A DNA stretch of 64,000 nt, taken from the NCBI GenBank assembly GCA_904063045.1, contig CAJFCJ010000005.1, forward strand, positions 544,685 through 608,684. Reading direction: 5' to 3'. Below are positions 62,920 through 64,000 of the stretch, piece after piece. A program made the position numbers and the translations under genes. Source of the DNA: Dimorphilus gyrociliatus (taxonomy: Eukaryota > Animalia > Annelida). The notes under the pieces were generated by a model. The model was given only the letters and a program-made list of their open reading frames with translations, had not been told where the DNA came from and ran no database searches. The stretch's first letter is position 1. Each line of letters opens with the position of its first letter.

Positions 62920-63418
62920 TTTATAAAATTGGTTCAAAGTTTTAATTTGACGATTCAATCGTCGCAAATATCGATTATATTCAATGTTAATAAAGAGAAT
63001 TTCATAAATATAACTTTGTAACAAGACTCGGAGAATGAATTGTCCAAAATACTGTAATTCTATTCGAGATCTCTTCAAGTAAAACAAATCGGATATCATA
63101 TTTATTAATTAAAATGATCTCTCTATGTCAAATATTAATCTTTCTTGTACACAACACCCACGCTTTGTCAGTTTAATTGACAAATTTTTACAAGCATTTA
63201 CAATGCGTAATCAGATATTCCATAAAAATCGTTGAAAGATAGCAAAAGGAAGTGGAGAGACGGCTAAAGCCGAAAAACAGTGGCCTTCGAAGCTGTTCTC
63301 AAACCGATAGCCTCAACATCACAACATTATCAACGAACAATATTTATATTTATATACAGTATATACAGTATAAAATAACCACAACCAATAGATGTCGTTT
63401 CCCGCAATAAAAAAAATG

Positions 63419-63547
63419 TGTCAGAAGTGGGATTTGAACCCACGCCCGCATTCGCGGACCAGAACGCCCCGCACAGTTCTAACATACATGTTTAACTGTA
63501 AGCATTACGCTTGAGTCTGGCGCCTTAGACCACTCGGCCATCCTGAC
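63419..63547 (-). tRNA. trnL-CAA: tRNA-Leu(CAA), 45-nt intron at 63465-63509
   Basis: GTCAGGA/TTCTGAC-A acceptor, CCAGA-CT-CAA-G[intron]T-TCTGG, variable arm CCGC-GAAT-GCGG, C32-G(-3) anticodon-intron pair. Confidence 0.93.
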
Positions 63548-63986
63548 ATATGAATGCTAACCTGTCTGTAGGATTATTAATTATTTTCTTTTAAAATGAT
63601 ATACCTTTCGCATAAAGTTTAGCTTGTAATAGATGTAATAGAGGAGCAAACATTCAAGTTCTCTTCCTATTATCAAACAATCAAAACCTAGCAAAGAATT
63701 TACAATTGTTCAATAGTTTTGAACATGAAATATGTTTAAGAACACGACCTAAATACTCTGGGAACTTGTTGAAACATTTTATGACGATATACAGTATAAG
63801 AAAGGAAGAAATACACTCTTCAATTTGTACGAATAAAATTACTATTGTGTATTTAAGGAAAAATTATCATTGTTAGCATATAGGTGGCTCTATTCCTCCA
63901 ACTACAAATATGTAAAAAAAAAACACAGAGAATATAGCCGTTCTTATGCTCTTTTGACATAATAAAAAATTGAAATAAAAAGTATA

Positions 63987-64000
63987 TGCCCCAGGTGAGG
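63987..64000 (-). tRNA. trnI-UAU: 3' end of a second tRNA-Ile(TAT), cut by the window edge
   Basis: Reverse complement CCTCACCTGGGGCA plus trailer TATACTTTTT matches the 3' end and trailer of 32117-32205. Confidence 0.75.

Overview
AT-rich, intron-dense animal genomic DNA with very short (~45-70 nt) GT-AG introns. It is not prokaryotic: no rRNA, CRISPR array or operon is visible. Gene content and compactness suggest a compact-genome spiralian, possibly a meiofaunal annelid such as Dimorphilus; this is inference and was not checked. The window is a patchwork of locally expanded families: (1) four large SRCR-like/C-type-lectin/LDLa/LRR/7TM receptor genes of the GRL101/LGR type, three complete and carrying a conserved, possibly kinase-derived cytoplasmic tail; (2) three tandem secreted EGF-repeat+MAM genes, two with Tyr/Gly/Pro-rich N-terminal repeats; (3) four paralogs of an unrecognised secreted family; (4) one NACHT-LRR (NLR) gene with no N-terminal effector domain; (5) two intronless class A GPCRs; (6) a LamG-type secreted protein, an orphan secreted protein and a Tc1-transposase HTH-only ORF. 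Nineteen complete and one edge-truncated tRNA genes lie between these blocks. The most striking signals are in RNA. All five tRNA-His genes carry an invariant 10-nt leader and 23-nt trailer able to form a near-complete alternative fold over the acceptor stem. tRNA-Leu(AAG) and tRNA-Leu(TAG) carry introns, which is unusual for animals. A TATAC[A/T]GTATA motif resembling Tc1/mariner excision footprints recurs in non-coding DNA. Exon structures were read by eye; multi-exon CDS coordinates are gene spans.
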